A DNA stretch of 64,000 bases from Malacoraja senta. Its lineage: Eukaryota. The translations under genes were made by a program, and so were the position numbers. The stretch lies in contig CM075987.1 of NCBI GenBank assembly GCA_038087875.1, positions 19,842,001-19,906,000 of the forward strand, given 5' to 3'. Positions 38,598 through 51,657 of this stretch are shown here, piece after piece. How positions within the stretch are numbered: the first letter of the stretch is position 1; the number at the start of each line of letters is the position of its first letter. The notes under the pieces are model-generated. The model was not told where the DNA came from and searched no databases. It saw nothing but the letters and a program-made list of their open reading frames with translations.

Positions 38598-39480
38598 TAG
38601 AAACATAGAAGATAGGTGCAGGAGTAGGGCATTCATCCCTTCGAGCCAGCACCGCCATTCAATATGATCATGGCTGATCACCCAGAATCAGTATCCTGTT
38701 CCTGCCTTCTCTCCATATCCCTTGATTCCATTCCCTAAGAGCTATATCTAACTCTCTCTTGAATGCATCCAGTGAATTGCCCTCCACTGCCTTCTGTGGC
38801 AGAGAATTCCACAAATCTCTGGCTGAAATTTTTTTTTCTCATCTAAATGGCCTACCCCTTATTCTTAAACTGTGACTCTCCCAACATGCGGGACATTTTT
38901 CCTGCATCTAGCCTGCTGAACCCTTAAGAATTTTAAATGTTTATATTCCAGTGACTATAAGCCCAGTCGATCTATTCTTTCATCATATGACAGTCCTGCC
39001 ATCCCAGGAATTAACCTGGTGATCCTACGCTGCACTCCCTCAATAGCAAGAATGTTCCTCCTCAAATAAGGAGACCAAAACTGCACGCAATACTCCAGGT
39101 GTGGTCTCACCAGGCCCTGTACAATTGCAGTAGGACCTCCTTGCTCCTATACTCAAATTCTCGTGCAATGAAGGTCAACTTTCTTCACTGCCTACTGTAC
39201 CTGCATGCTTATTTTCAGTGACTGATGTAGGACACCTAGGTCTCGTTGCACCTTCCCTTTTCCTAATCTGACACAATTCAGATAATAATCTGCCTTCTTG
39301 TTCTTGCCACCAAAGTGGATAACCTCACATTTTTCCACATTATACTGCATCTGCCATGCATCTGCCCACTCACCCAACCTATTCAACCTTCAGCCTCATA
39401 GCCTCCTCCTCGCAGCTGACACTGCCACCCAGCTTTGTGTCATCCCCAAACTTGGAGATGTTGCATTTAATTCCTTTGTC
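38598..39480 (-). mobile_element. CR1 LINE 3' ~0.9 kb
   Basis: ORF 39192-39386 NRLGEWADAWQMQYNVEKCEVIHFG; (TTTCTATG) tail at 38598. Confidence 0.92.
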
Positions 39481-39539
39481 TATTGCTTGATTAGCTGTTG
39501 GACAGGAAACAAAATAAACTGCTGACAAGAATCGACATT

Positions 39540-40458
39540 CATAAGTCATAGTAGAATTAGGCCATTTGGCCCATCGAGTCTACTCTGCCATTCAATAATG
39601 GCTTATCTTTCTTTCCACCTCGACCCCATTCTCCTGCCTTCTCCCCGTAACCGTTGACACCTTTACTAATCAAGAACCTGTCAATCTCCGCATTAAAAAT
39701 ACCCAATGACTTAGGCTCTACAGCCGTCTGTGGCAATGAATTCCGCAGATTCTGGCTCACGAAATTCCTCCTCATCCCCTTCTAAAGGTACATACTTTTA
39801 TTCTGAGGCTATAGCCTGCAGTCCTAGACTCCCACTATTGGAAACATCCTCTCCACACCCACTCTATCCAGGCTTTTCACTATTGGATAAGTTTCAATGA
39901 GAAATTATGAGCATTTTATGGCTCTTAGGCTAAATTCCAGCGAGTACAGGTCAGGAGCCATAATCTGCTCATGTATTAACTCAATCATTCCCACGATCAT
40001 TCTCGTTAACCACCTCTGGACCTTCTCCAACACCGAGCATCCCTCCTCAGATATGGGGCCCAAAACAGCTAGCAATACTCCAAATCCGGTCTGACCAGTG
40101 CCTTATAAATTCTCAGCTTTGCATCACTGCTTTTTTTAATCTCAAATTTAATCATCCTCTCAAAATGTATACTTACATTTCATCTGCCTTCCTTACTACC
40201 AATTCAAATTGTAAATTAAGCTTTTGGGAATCCTGCACCAGCACTCTCAAGTCCCTTTGCATCTCCAATTTCTAAATCCCCTCCCCATTTAGAAAGAAGT
40301 CTACACCTTTATTCCTACTACCAAAGTGCATGACCGCACACTTTGATACACTGTATTCCATCTGCCATTTCTTTGCCCACTATCTAAACCTGTCCAAATC
40401 CTTCCGCAGACTCCCTGTTTCCTCCACACTACCTGCCTGTCCACCTATCTTCTTCATT
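39540..40458 (-). mobile_element. CR1 LINE 3' ~0.9 kb (different subfamily)
   Basis: MRRNFVSQ..NSLPQTAVE..IFNAEIDRFLISKG and KIGGQAGSVEETGSLRKDLDR; same subfamily as 14172-14770. Confidence 0.9.
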
Positions 40459-41024
40459 ATTGCGGGATCTCTGGCCATCCACGGGTCTTTTGCCTGCTTT
40501 ATCAGTCTCCCACATTCACACATTTGTCTGCCAATATCAGGGCCGCAGGTTGGTGCAGTAGTTTCTGAAGCACAGGAACTGTGAATAGTTTCAATGCACA
40601 GAGCATCACAGAGCATAGTCACAAAAGGTGATTTATAAAAATTTGACGAATTAGAAAGAACTGGATTCAATTCCCAAATGGCTCAAAGTATACAAAAGTA
40701 GAATTAATAAAATATACCAAGAGGATTCTAAGCTCAAATCCTTGAACATGTCAAGATGGTTTATTTCAGCCTGGATGAACATGACAGTATAAAGATTAAC
40801 CTAGACGTCAGCCTGGGGAGGTAAAACAAAAATCAGCCATTGCTTCAACTTCTGGTAGTTATCCAGCAATTCTTTCTGGAAACAGACACAAGCATTACAG
40901 GAACAAGTTTAACTTGGATGTGCCTCATGACTGAATAAATCTATCAATGGCCATGTTCATGGAACTTTCATTTAAAAAAATGAAAAAATGAGAGTCACGA
41001 TCTACAGAAGTTCTTTTTTAAATT

Positions 41025-41398
41025 TTGTTTTCAGAATCTGGGAATCTGTTAACGCCAGCATTTATTGCCTATCTCTAATTGCCCTTGAGAAAGTGGTGGT
41101 GAGTGGTACTTATATGAACCACTGTGGTTGTCATGGCATGATATCCCCCAATACTGTTGGAAAAGGAGTTTTGGAATTTAGACCCAATGACGATAAAGGA
41201 CCAATCATATATTTTCAATACGGTGCATGATTTGGAGGGGTACCTGAAGATGGTGTGTTGCCATGCACCAACTGCCTTTATTCTTCTTGGTATTAGGGGT
41301 TGTACGTTTAGGCGGTACTGTCAATGTTTCCTGGAAGAATAACTGCAGCCACTTTGTTGGTGATAGAGGCATTTAATGTTAATGGTGGTTGATGGGAT
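41025..41398 (-). mobile_element. 3' end of a second, older non-LTR family (continues ~42440-42690 and ~43575-43920)
   Basis: catttattgcctatctctaattgcccttgagaaagtggtggtgag recurs in decayed form at ~3598. The element appears split by later CR1 and Rex1 insertions. Family not assigned. Confidence 0.5.
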
Positions 41399-42437
41399 GA
41401 AACATAGAAACTAGGCCATTCGGTCCTTTGAGCCAATATGGCGGTGCTGGCTGATCATCCAAAATCAGTACTCCATTCCTGCTTTCTCCCCATAATCCCT
41501 TGATTCTGTTAGTGCTAAGAGCTATATCTAACTCTCTCTTGAAAACATCCAGTGAATTGGCCTCCATTGTGTTCTGTGGCAGAGAATTCCACAGATTCAC
41601 AACTCTCTGGGTGAACATTTTTTTCCTCATCTCAGTCCTAAATGGCCTACCCCTTATTATTAAACTGTGACCCTTGGTGATGGACTCCCCTAACATGGGG
41701 GACATTTTTCCTGCATCTAGCCTGTCCAATCCTTTAAGAATTGTATATGTTTCTATAAGATCACTCTCATCCTTCTAAATTCCAGTCGACCCATTCTTTC
41801 ACCAGATGTCAGTCCCATCATCCCGGGAAATAACCTGGTGAACCTACGCTGCACTCCCTCAATGGCAAGAATGACCTTCCTCAAATTAGGAAAACAAAAC
41901 TGCACACAATACTCCAGGTGTGGTCTTACGTGGGCCCTGTATAACTGCAGTGGGACCTCGTTGCTCCTATACTCAAATCCTCTCGCTATTAAGGCCAACA
42001 TGCCATTTGCTTTCTTCACTGCCTGCTGTACCTGCATGCTTACTTTCAGTGACTGATGTACAAGGACACCCAGGTCTTGTTGCACCTCCCCTTTTCCTAA
42101 GCTGACACCATTCAGATAATAATCTGCCTCCTTGTTCATGCCGCCAAAGTGGATAACCTCACATGTATCCACATTATACTGTATCTGCCATGCATCTGCC
42201 CACTCACCTAACCTATCCAAGTCACCCTGCAGCCTCATAGCATCCTCCTTGCAGCTCACACTGCCACCCAGCTTTGTGTCATCCACAAACTTGGAGACGT
42301 TACATTTAATTATTTTGTCTAATTCGTTATGGTAAATAACTGGGGTCCCAGAATTGACCCTTGCAGCACACTACCATTTTGAAAAGGACCCATTAATTCC
42401 TACTCTTTGCTTCCTGTCCGCCAACCAGTTCTCTCAG
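41399..42437 (-). mobile_element. CR1 LINE 3' ~1 kb
   Basis: ORF 41753-42286 DDTKLGGSVSC...LYRAHVRPHLEYCVQF...VQRRFTRL and ORF 41379-41729. Confidence 0.94.
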
Positions 42438-42693
42438 ATGCCAATCAAGTGTGTAGCTTTGTTCTCGATGGTGTACTTATTGAAAGTTATTGGATCTGTA
42501 CGCTTCCAAATAAGTGGAGAGATATTCTATCATACTCCTGACTTGTGTCTTAAAGTTGGTGGAAAGGGCTTGGGGTGTCAAGAGATATCGCTTGCCACAG
42601 GAAACCCAGCTATGATCTTTTTTTGTGCGAACAGTATTTTGTGCTGTTGGTCCAGTTGAGATTGTGGTCAATGGTGACATCCAGGTTGCTGAT

Positions 42694-43575
42694 AGTTTAG
42701 TTTAGTTTATTGTCATTTGTCCAAGGCACAGTGAAAAGCTTTCATTACGTGCTAACTAGTCAGTGGAAAAACTATGCATGATACGATCGAGCCATTCATG
42801 GTGTACAGATGCATGATGAAGGGAATAATGTTTAGTGCAACATAAAGTCCAGCAAAGTCCAATTAAATATAGTCCAAAGGTCTCCAAGGAGGTAGATAGT
42901 AGCTATTGATAGGATGGTTTAGTTGCCTGATAACAGCAGGGAAGAAACTGAATCCAGTCCCTGAATCTGGAGGAATGCATTTTCACACTTTCGTACCTCT
43001 TGCCTGATGGGAGAGGGGAGAAGAGGGAGTGAGACTCATCCTTGATTATGCTGGTGGCCATGCCGAGGCACCGTGAAGTGTAAATGCAGTCAATGGAAGG
43101 GAGGTTGGTTTGTGTGATGGTCTGGGCTGTAACCATTATTCTCTGATAAAATGCTTTCTGTAGAAGTTGGTGAGAGTTGTTGTGGACATGCCAAACTTCC
43201 TAAGCCTTCTAAGGAAGTAGAGGCTTTGGTGTACTTTCATGGACCTTGCTTTGTTATGGCTAGTCCAGGACAAGTTGCTGGATATATTTACTCCTAGAAA
43301 ACTGTACTTCGGCGCCGTCAATGTATACTGGGGTATGTCTACCTCTTTGCTCTTTGTTGATCACTTTCTTCTTTGTCTTGCTGAACTTGAGAGAAAGGTT
43401 GTTGTCTTGCCAACAGATTATGAAGTTATCTATCTCCTTCCTGTATTCCGTCTTGCCATTATTTGAAAGCTGGCCCAAAATGGTGGTATTATCCATGAAT
43501 ATATAAATTGAATTGGATTTGTACTTGGCTGCACAGTCGTGGGTGTATAAGGAGTAAAGAAGGGGACTGAGAATG
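42694..43575 (-). mobile_element. Rex1/Babar-type LINE 3' fragment
   Basis: DNTTILGQLSNNGKTEYRKEI...WQDNNLSLKFSKTK, FLGVNISSNLSW, LYFLRRLRKFGM, LFSPLPSGKRY; (ACTAA)n tail at 42694-42710. Confidence 0.88.
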
Positions 43576-44074
43576 CAGATGTGAGATTTAATGATGGTAA
43601 TTCCATTGAATGGTAAAGGTAGTAGTTAAACTCTCTGTTCTAGGAGAGGCTCCTTGCCTGGCATTTATTGCACATGTCTGAACGATGTCAAAGTATTTTT
43701 GAATGCAGGCATGGGTTGCCAATGGAGTTGAATGTTGAGTAATCAACTGTGAGCATCCCTAATTGTAACCAAATTTGGGAGGAGGGTCATAGGAGAAGTA
43801 ACTAAAGATGTCGCAGCCAAAGTCATTGGCCCAAAGAAGTCCTGCTTTGATGCTCTGGGACTGCATGGCTGTCCTAAAAAAACTACAACCATTTAACATG
43901 CATGAGGTATGATTCCAGTGTGTGCAAGTTGTCAGTAACTCTGGAGAAAATTTGGCAAACTGATTGTCACCTGCAGATATGGACAGGCAGACCCTTGCCA
44001 GATTTCGAGGGAATAATGACAATGAGGTGACTGGTTTTGTTTGTTTTGTTTAAGGCATGACATAGATTAGTTGA

Positions 44075-44455
44075 TAAAATGGGGTGGAACAAGGCTAGAC
44101 GGAATTTAATCCTGACAAGTTTGAAGTGATACATTTTGAGAGGGTAAACAAGGCCAAGATATACACAGTAAATGGTAGGGCTCTAGAAAGTGTTATGAAT
44201 GGAGCGACCTTGGGGTATAAATCCATAAATTCCTGAAACGTAGTACAGGAGGGGAGTGTGGTGAAGAAGTCATAAGGGATGTTGCCTTCAGTGATTGTGG
44301 CATAGAATATAAGAACTGGGACATCATATTAAACTTTATTAAGCATTGATTAGGCTACACCTGGAGTATTGTGTTTGTCTCTAATTGTCACACCGTAGGA
44401 AGGGTGTGATTGTATTGAAGAAGATGCAGTGGAGATTCACCAGGATGTTGTCTGA
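44075..44455 (+). mobile_element. CR1 RT fragment (old)
   Basis: EFNPDKFEVIHF...YTVNGRAL...LIRLHLEYCV...MQWRFTRML-like translation. Confidence 0.8.
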
Positions 44456-45908
44456 ATTTCCATTCATTTCTACAATATCTAAAATGCTCTAGATTAGACT
44501 AATTCTGGGATGGGGTTGTCAAGAGTGACTTATTGGAATATAGAACAAGACATGGATCCGAATTCTCCATGCTTGTTGGTCATCTGTCTTACCTAGACTG
44601 ATCTATGTGAATCCAGTTATGTGTCCTCAAGCTGCACTGCAAAGCCCAGTGGGGTGCCTGGCTTTGTTGTAGCTCTGCCTACAGAGTTGTTTTGACAACC
44701 AGGTAAGCTACGTTCCTTGGCTTCCCAGCTACAAAGAATTAAATATTCAAAAGCTATTAATAATTAAGCATACAAATATTTCTTGTAAAATCCCTAAAAA
44801 TTTCCAACAATTCAAATACTTAAATACTAGAAAACACTTGAAAGTAATCAATTATATAAATGTTAATTTAATTAAATAAAAATGTAAATTACTCTCTATT
44901 TACCTTTCTCGCTTGCAGGCTGTTCCTCTCCATTCAAATGAATGGGCTTGATATTCCATTGTGGGAATAATGGACACATTTCTTAGTGTAAGAGCAAGAA
45001 ATATCTTCCAAAGTTGCAATACCTATTAGACTTCATGAGAGGGTAATCAGGAAATAAATGGTAATCACCTGTAAACTTCATGGAACCGTAAACTTCAACA
45101 CAGTCATGGTTGTGCATGGAACTGTTCACTATTCTGCAGAAAATTAGGACTATGAGTTTTTGAGTTAGAATTGAGTTGTACAAGATTGAAAGGATTTGAA
45201 TGACAAAGCATTGTCGAGCAGGTCTCTGATCTACCTCTGCTTCTATTTCTTAATCTGTATGTTCTTCCTAGTTTTTTTGACTAATTGTGTATCTGAGATG
45301 AAAATGCTTGAAAAAATTGAGGCTGTTTTATATGCCCAACTAACTAATTATTATATATCTAAATGCATTAGATATATGCATGTTTATTTCTTAGATTATC
45401 TTGCATGACTTCATAAGTATTCCTCTTTCCACTGCAATATTCCAGTTTGCTTCCACATTGCTCAGAAGTTGTTCCAGATCTTTCAAATCAAAAGCTTTTC
45501 ACTGTACTTGAGAACACGTAACAATAAACAAAACAAAACTTTTAAACTGATGTACTTTGCCACTGATACCAATTGAACTTTATTATTCTGTGGTATCTAT
45601 TCTTCCAGAGCCACAATATGTTTTCTTTTAACTTTCATTTAACATAGTGGAAGATTTCATTCACTCCTTTCAAAACTTTTTGCTTACTCCAGAGTTTGTG
45701 TTTCCACAATGAATACCCTCATTATACAGTGACCTTGGCAAATCTGAGTCAGTTTTCTGAAAGCTTAATTCGCTGCGGAAAACAGAGTAGGTATTCTGGC
45801 AACTAACCCATGAACTCTGTCACCTTAAGAGGAATTAGTAACTAATTGCTGTACAAATTCAGGAATGACTGTATAATATTTTAATACATATTAATTATTT
45901 CTCCACAG

Positions 45909-45962
45909 GGTCCTCGAGGCCCTCCAGGCCTACCTGGTCAACCTGGAAAAAGAGGACCTCGG
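45909..45962 (+). CDS. COL27A1: Collagen XXVII alpha-1, 54-bp Gly-X-Y exon (GPRGPPGLPGQPGKRGPR; probable exon 4)
   Basis: ...tttctccacAG acceptor, exactly six Gly-X-Y triplets, GTAAGT donor at 45963; phase 0/0, the canonical fibrillar-collagen exon size. Confidence 0.95.
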
Positions 45963-46274
45963 GTAAGTTTTTTTATTTTTTCTCGTAATATTTACACATC
46001 AGAAATATTAGTTTGACTATCAACCATTTTCAGGAGCACAAAACATTGATTACAGCCATTTAAAATTGGCAATATTATCCTATTAATAAATCTGATTATT
46101 AAAATGTAGCTTTATTTTGAATCTTTATGTATGTTACCTTTCTCACCTTGAGCCCTATATGAACTCATCTTGTCAATGATAGGAATCTCTCGGACTTTCG
46201 ATCATAGTCTTACTAAATATCGAACTCACTGAAGCATCCAAATTTCCTTCCTGCCTGCATAGTTAGTTCATATT

Positions 46275-46397
46275 GTTTAAGAAGGAACTGCAGATGCTGG
46301 AAAATCGAAGGTAGACAAAAATGCTGGAGAAACTCAGCGGGCGAGGCAGCATCTATGGAGCGAAGGAACTAGGCAACGTTTAGGGCTGAAACCCTTC
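46275..46397 (-). mobile_element. Penelope pLTR-derived mini-element with 8-bp TSD
   Basis: TTCATATT at 46267-46274 and 46398-46405; body is the reverse complement of the 15560-15668 sequence. Confidence 0.78.
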
Positions 46398-46556
46398 TTC
46401 ATATTATTGGCTTTCTTTTCTGTACATGTCTCCTTCAAATCTGCCTTCATCATTCTCCCTTGTTTTAAAGAAAAGCATGACCCCCACGCCCTTTCAACCC
46501 TCTATTTGTGATCACAAGCAGTCTTGCAGTACCCAAACGTACCTTTATTTCCAAAA

Positions 46557-46724
46557 ATAGACACACAAGTTGGAGTAAGTCAGCTTTCTTCAGTCTGAAG
46601 AAGGGTCTCGATCCAAAACGTCACCTATTCCTTCTCTCCAGAGATGCTGCCTGTCCCGCTGAGTTACTCCAGCTTTTTGTGTCTATCCTCAGTTTAAACC
46701 AGCATCTGCAGTTCCTTCCTACAC
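46557..46724 (+). mobile_element. Fold-back Penelope pLTR-derived mini-element with TSD-like flanks
   Basis: TACCTTTATTT at 46540-46550 and 46727-46737; 5' ATAGACACACAAGTTGGAGTAAGTCAGC is inverted against GCTGAGTTACTCCAGCTTTTTGTGTCTAT; carries CTGAAGAAGGGTCTCGATCCAAAACGTC. Confidence 0.75.
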
Positions 46725-47537
46725 TTTACCTTTATTTTCAGATCTGGTCTGTTACTCTTCCTTAACCTGTGTAGCTCCATTTTTGATATCTGCCCTACTC
46801 ATTTAGCAGCAAAGTTCCAAAGCCTAGGATTCTCTCCCTTTATTTCCCCTTCTCTACCCCTTCGACTACCTTTAATACACACCGGCAAGCTTTTTGATCA
46901 GTTTTATGGTTTTCAATGCCAAAATATCCATACTTGGTTTGGTATCAAATTTGATTTGTTAATAATCAGGTGACGTGTTTGGGACTGTCAAAGGTTTGGG
47001 ATGTTAAAGGTAGTATAACAATACCAGATGATGTTGCTATTCAATCTGAAGTGTATATCCATGGCTGTTAACTAACCAAATATTAAGAAGCTTATTGACG
47101 AAGCAGTGAACAAAATGTTGATAACTCCACAAATGATATCTGAGACTGATTTTATTTGCAAGGTCATTTATTATCCTAATTATCCATTTAAGTAGCAATA
47201 TCTCTTCTGTAATTGATTATCACTGAAGGTAAGTCAAAGTCAGTGAGCTGATTAGAAATTGTGCTGATAATGTATTTCAAATATGGAATGATCAAAACAG
47301 TTGGCATCTTGCCTTGTTCAGACAAATCATGAGTGTTGACTGAGAAATTTCTGTCCAAATTGATTGTATTTCAGGGCTAAAGCTGAATGATACCTGGAAC
47401 CTTTTTCCATTGGTGCTTTATCATTGTTCTAATGAACAACTGAAGTAATAAGGCATGTTTTATCCACACCTCATTTGCATGGTTACGTTGATTATTTCTG
47501 CTTGTCCTTCAGAGGATTCTCAAGACATCCAGTTTAG

Positions 47538-48359
47538 AAGACAAAAGACAATAGACAATAGGTGCAGGAGTAAGCCATTCGGCCCTTCGAGCCAGCACCA
47601 CCATTCAATGTGATCATGGCTGATCATCCCCAATCAGTACCCCATTCCTGCCTTCTCCCCATATCCCCTGAATCCGCTATCTTTAAGAGCCCTATCTAGC
47701 TCTCTCTTGAAAGTATCCAGAGAACCGGCCTCCACCGCCCTCTGATGCAGAGAATTCCACAGACTCACAACTCTCTGTGAGAAAAAGTGTTTCCTCGTTC
47801 TCCGTTCTAAATGGCTTACCCCTTATTCTTAAACTGTGGCCCCTGGTTCTGGACTCCCCCAACATCGGGAACATGTTTCCTGCCTCTAGCGTGTCCAAAC
47901 CCTTAACAATCTTATATGTTTCAATAAGATCCCATCTCATCCTTCTAAACTCCAGAGAGTGTACAAGCCCAGCCGCTCCATTCTCTCAGCATATGACAGT
48001 CCCGCCATCCCAGGAATTAACCTTGTAAACTTACGCTGCACTCCCTCAATAGCAAGAATGTCCTTCCTCAAATTAGGGGACCAAAACTGCACACAATACT
48101 CCAGGTGTGGTCTCACTAGGGCTCTGTACAACTGCAGAAGGACCTCTTTGTTCCTATACTTGACTCCTCTTGTTATAAAGGCCAACATGCCATTCGCTTT
48201 CTTCACTGCCTGCTGTACCTGCATGCTTACTTTCATAGACTGATGGACAAAGACCCCCAGATCCTGTTGTACTTCCCCTTTTCCAAACTTGACGCCATTT
48301 AGATAGTAATCTGCCTTTCTGTTTTTGCTACCAAAGTGGATAACCTCACATTTATCCAC
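47538..48359 (-). mobile_element. CR1 LINE 3' ~0.8 kb, fairly young
   Basis: ORF 47937-48359 DKCEVIHFG...LYRALVRPHLEYCVQFWSPNLRKD; (TATTGTC)n tail. Confidence 0.95.
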
Positions 48360-49050
48360 TTTAAGAATGAGAGGTGATCTTATTGAAACATATAGGCTTA
48401 TGAAGGGACTTGACCGTGGATGCTGAGAGACTAGGACATTATTCCTTGTAGCACAGAAGACTGAGGGATGATCTTAGAGAAGTGTATAAAATTATGATGG
48501 GAATAGATCTGATGAATCCACAGACTCTTATACCCAGAGGACATGAGTTTAAGGCGAGAGGGGAAAGATTTAACAGGAATCTGAAAGGCAACCTTTTCAC
48601 TTAGAAGGTGGTGGGTATATGGAATGGGCTGCCAGCAGAGGTAGTCGAGGTAGATACTATAACAGCATGTAAACGTTTTGTGGACAGGTACATGGATAAA
48701 AAAGGTTTAAAGGGATATGGCCAAATGTGGACAAATGGGATGAGTTTAAATGAGGCATCTTGGTTGGAATGAATGAGTTCGGCCGAAGGGCCTGTTTCCA
48801 TGCTGTATGGTCCTATGAGAAGGAATCTCTTCAGCAGTGAGTTGTGACTCTTTGGAATTCTCCAAATCAAAGCTGCGAAGGTGAAATCATTGAATATATT
48901 TAAAGCAGAGATTGACAGACATTTGAACAAGGGAGCTAAGTAAGGACCAGGAAAGTAATACAAAGACTGGATCGCCAAGATCTCAGTGAATGATAGAACA
49001 AGCTTAAGGACAGAGCAAGCTTGGCCACTCCAGCTTTTGTTTCTTAAGTT
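48360..49050 (+). mobile_element. Stacked CR1 3' fragments
   Basis: RMRGDLIETY..., FKARGERFNRNLKGNLF..., 3' UTR gggcctgtttccatgctgtatg, then a further decayed 3' end. Confidence 0.8.
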
Positions 49051-51123
49051 ACACTGTAGGTGTGTTAGGGTCCATTTTTATGAAGTTGAAAATTGAGTCA
49101 TAGGTTTTCACTCGGTTTCAAGACCAAAGGTCCACGTCAGACCTCCAACACGCATTATCCCCAACTTGAAAATTAATTTCAGGCCAATTATACCTGTTGC
49201 ACTTTGCCACAAACTGTGAATGGGGAGAGGCAATGAACAACCAGATCATGGTAGTTAGTGGCCAGCGGGAATACTGTTATCCTGGCTTCACATAAACTTG
49301 ACATAAAAATAAACATATCTTTTTTACGTTCTTTGCTGGTTAGGCCATGTCCGCGTGAGGAAATTCTGAGTGGAGTAAGCCTAAAGCATGTTCAACTCAA
49401 GGCAATCCAATTTCCCTGAGGAGTTCTAAAATATTCCCTAATGTGTGATGTAATTCTCACAAAATAATTTGATTCCTTATCCTTTACAAACAAAAGTAAA
49501 ACCTTATTAAACACTCTTGTTGAGTGCACTGTCTTTTTAAATGCAAATAATGTATTCTATGGCCTGACATCAATGTAACAAGCTACCTTTTGTATCTGTA
49601 ACTGTGTTCTAGGGTACTAAGAGTAAAGAAGTTGATGCAGGCTGTTGAACATGAAAAGATCCAGTTGTATATCAGTCTATTTATTTAAATTCACCTTACC
49701 AAGATGGTTACTATCGTTTGAAAATTATTTGAAACTGATGTAATATACATGCAATAAAACTGAAATAGCACAGTGAATTGAACTAAAATGTGTAATCACT
49801 GATGATTGCTGAGAAGTAATCCAGATTAGCCATCGTAATCAAAATAAAGAAATATAGAAGAAGACTAAAGTATCAGCATTTAAAAGACACTTGGGAAGTT
49901 ACATGGATAGGAAAGGTTAAGAGGAATATTGTCCAAACGTGGGCAAATGGGACTAGTTTAGATCTGGCATTTTGGTTCATATGGATGAGTTGGACCAATG
50001 GGCCTGTTTCCATACTGTATGACTATGACTATGAATTTCAGATTTGACGGATATATCACAGCAACATGAACTTTAAAATCTCACATCATTATTCACTATT
50101 TTCATTATTGCTCTTCAAAGCTTTTCCATTATCTATCTAAATTTGTATCAATCTCTTTCTTGAACATGGTTGTACAGGTGCTGTGTGGCCAAACATTTGT
50201 ATTGCTGCAACATAATTTTATCCTCTTGTATTTAGTTCTTGGAATGTGAAGGCCGTCATTCCATTTGCTTTTTTATTATTTTTGTATGAATTCATGACAT
50301 TAAATTAATCCATGTACAAGCACCCCTAGGTTTCTTTTTATTTTTTAGCCTCTAGTCTTCCACCACTGGGTAGCATTTGGATCTATTTTTAATTTAATGA
50401 GTGGATAATTTGCTATTTGCCATTATTGAAATCCACTTAATATAAATTTGCCTATTCGTTTAATATATAAATAGTTCTTTGTGAATTTATCTTTGAATTA
50501 TGACTATAATGTTGGCCATCAACAGGAAGATATGGAAACCTGCACTCTCTATTCCAATTTATGAATAATTAATAGTAATGCAAATAATTGTCCATATAAT
50601 CTGCAGATTCCTGTGGAATGTCAGTAGTCGCACACTGCTATTTAGATCACCTAACCATTGTCCCAAATCTGTCTTCAGCTGCTCAACCCATCTAATAAAC
50701 ACATCAATAATTTGGCCTCACTTCCAGGAATATTGCCAATGTAATATTCTATCAGATACCTGTTGGGCCTATTCTCTTTGTAAGGGAATTGTGATGGTAT
50801 ATATTTTAACATTTGGAAGTACAATATATGTGCCACATTTGTTGTCAGCTTCTAGATTGCCTGAGATATTCCACTAGATCAATAGATTCCTGAGATTAAA
50901 TGAATCATGCGGTATGGATCATATGCTATATTTTGCACACTGCTTCTTTTTATTTTTTGCATTATTTTTGTACTCGCGCAAGGTTTGATTATAATCACAT
51001 ATAGATGATTTACCTGGATAGCACGGAAAACAGTTTCTCACTATATCGCCGAACACATGACAATAATAAATCAATAGCAATACCAAAGGCTAGAAAATGG
51101 TGCCTAGGTGCGAGATCAGCCAT

Positions 51124-51657
51124 AATCTGAGGAAGAACATTATAGCCATAGAGGGAGTGCAGAGAAGGTTCACCAGACTGATTCCTGGGATGTCAGGACT
51201 TTCATATGAAGAAAGACTGGATAGACTTGGCTTGTACTCGCTAGAATTTAGGAGATTGAGAGGGGATCTTATAGAAACGTACAAAATTCTTATGGGGTTG
51301 GACAGGCTAGATGCAGGAAGATTGTTCCCGATGTTGGGGAAGTCCAGGACAAGGGGTCACAGCTTAAGGATAAGGGGGAAATCCTTTAAGACCGAGATGA
51401 GGAAAAACTTTTTCACACGGAGAGTGGTGAATCTCTGGAACTCTCTGCCACAGAGGGTAGTTGAGGCCAGTTCATTGGCTATATTTAAGAGGGAGTTAGA
51501 TGTGGCCCTTGTGGCTAAGGGGATCAGGGGGTATGGAGAGAAGGCAGGTACAGGATACTGAGTTGGATGATCAGCCATGATCATATTGAATGGCGGTGCA
51601 GGCTCGAAGGGCCGAATGGCCTACTCCTGCACCTATTTTCTATGTATCTATGTATCT
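51124..51657 (+). mobile_element. Young 5'-truncated CR1 LINE
   Basis: Uninterrupted ORF2 C-terminus (ORF 51097-51561), complete 3' UTR, (TATCTATG)n tail. Confidence 0.96.

Noticed and set aside
44930..44947. Palindrome CCCATTCAAATGAATGGG and upstream acceptor-like tttctcgcttgcAG
   Set aside because: Too short, SOX-like halves are in the non-canonical orientation, and no Gly-X-Y frame follows the AG.
49049..49066. Brachyury-like palindrome TTACACTGTAGGTGTGTT
   Set aside because: Wrong spacing and several mismatches to TCACACCTAGGTGTGA; abuts a CR1 tail.
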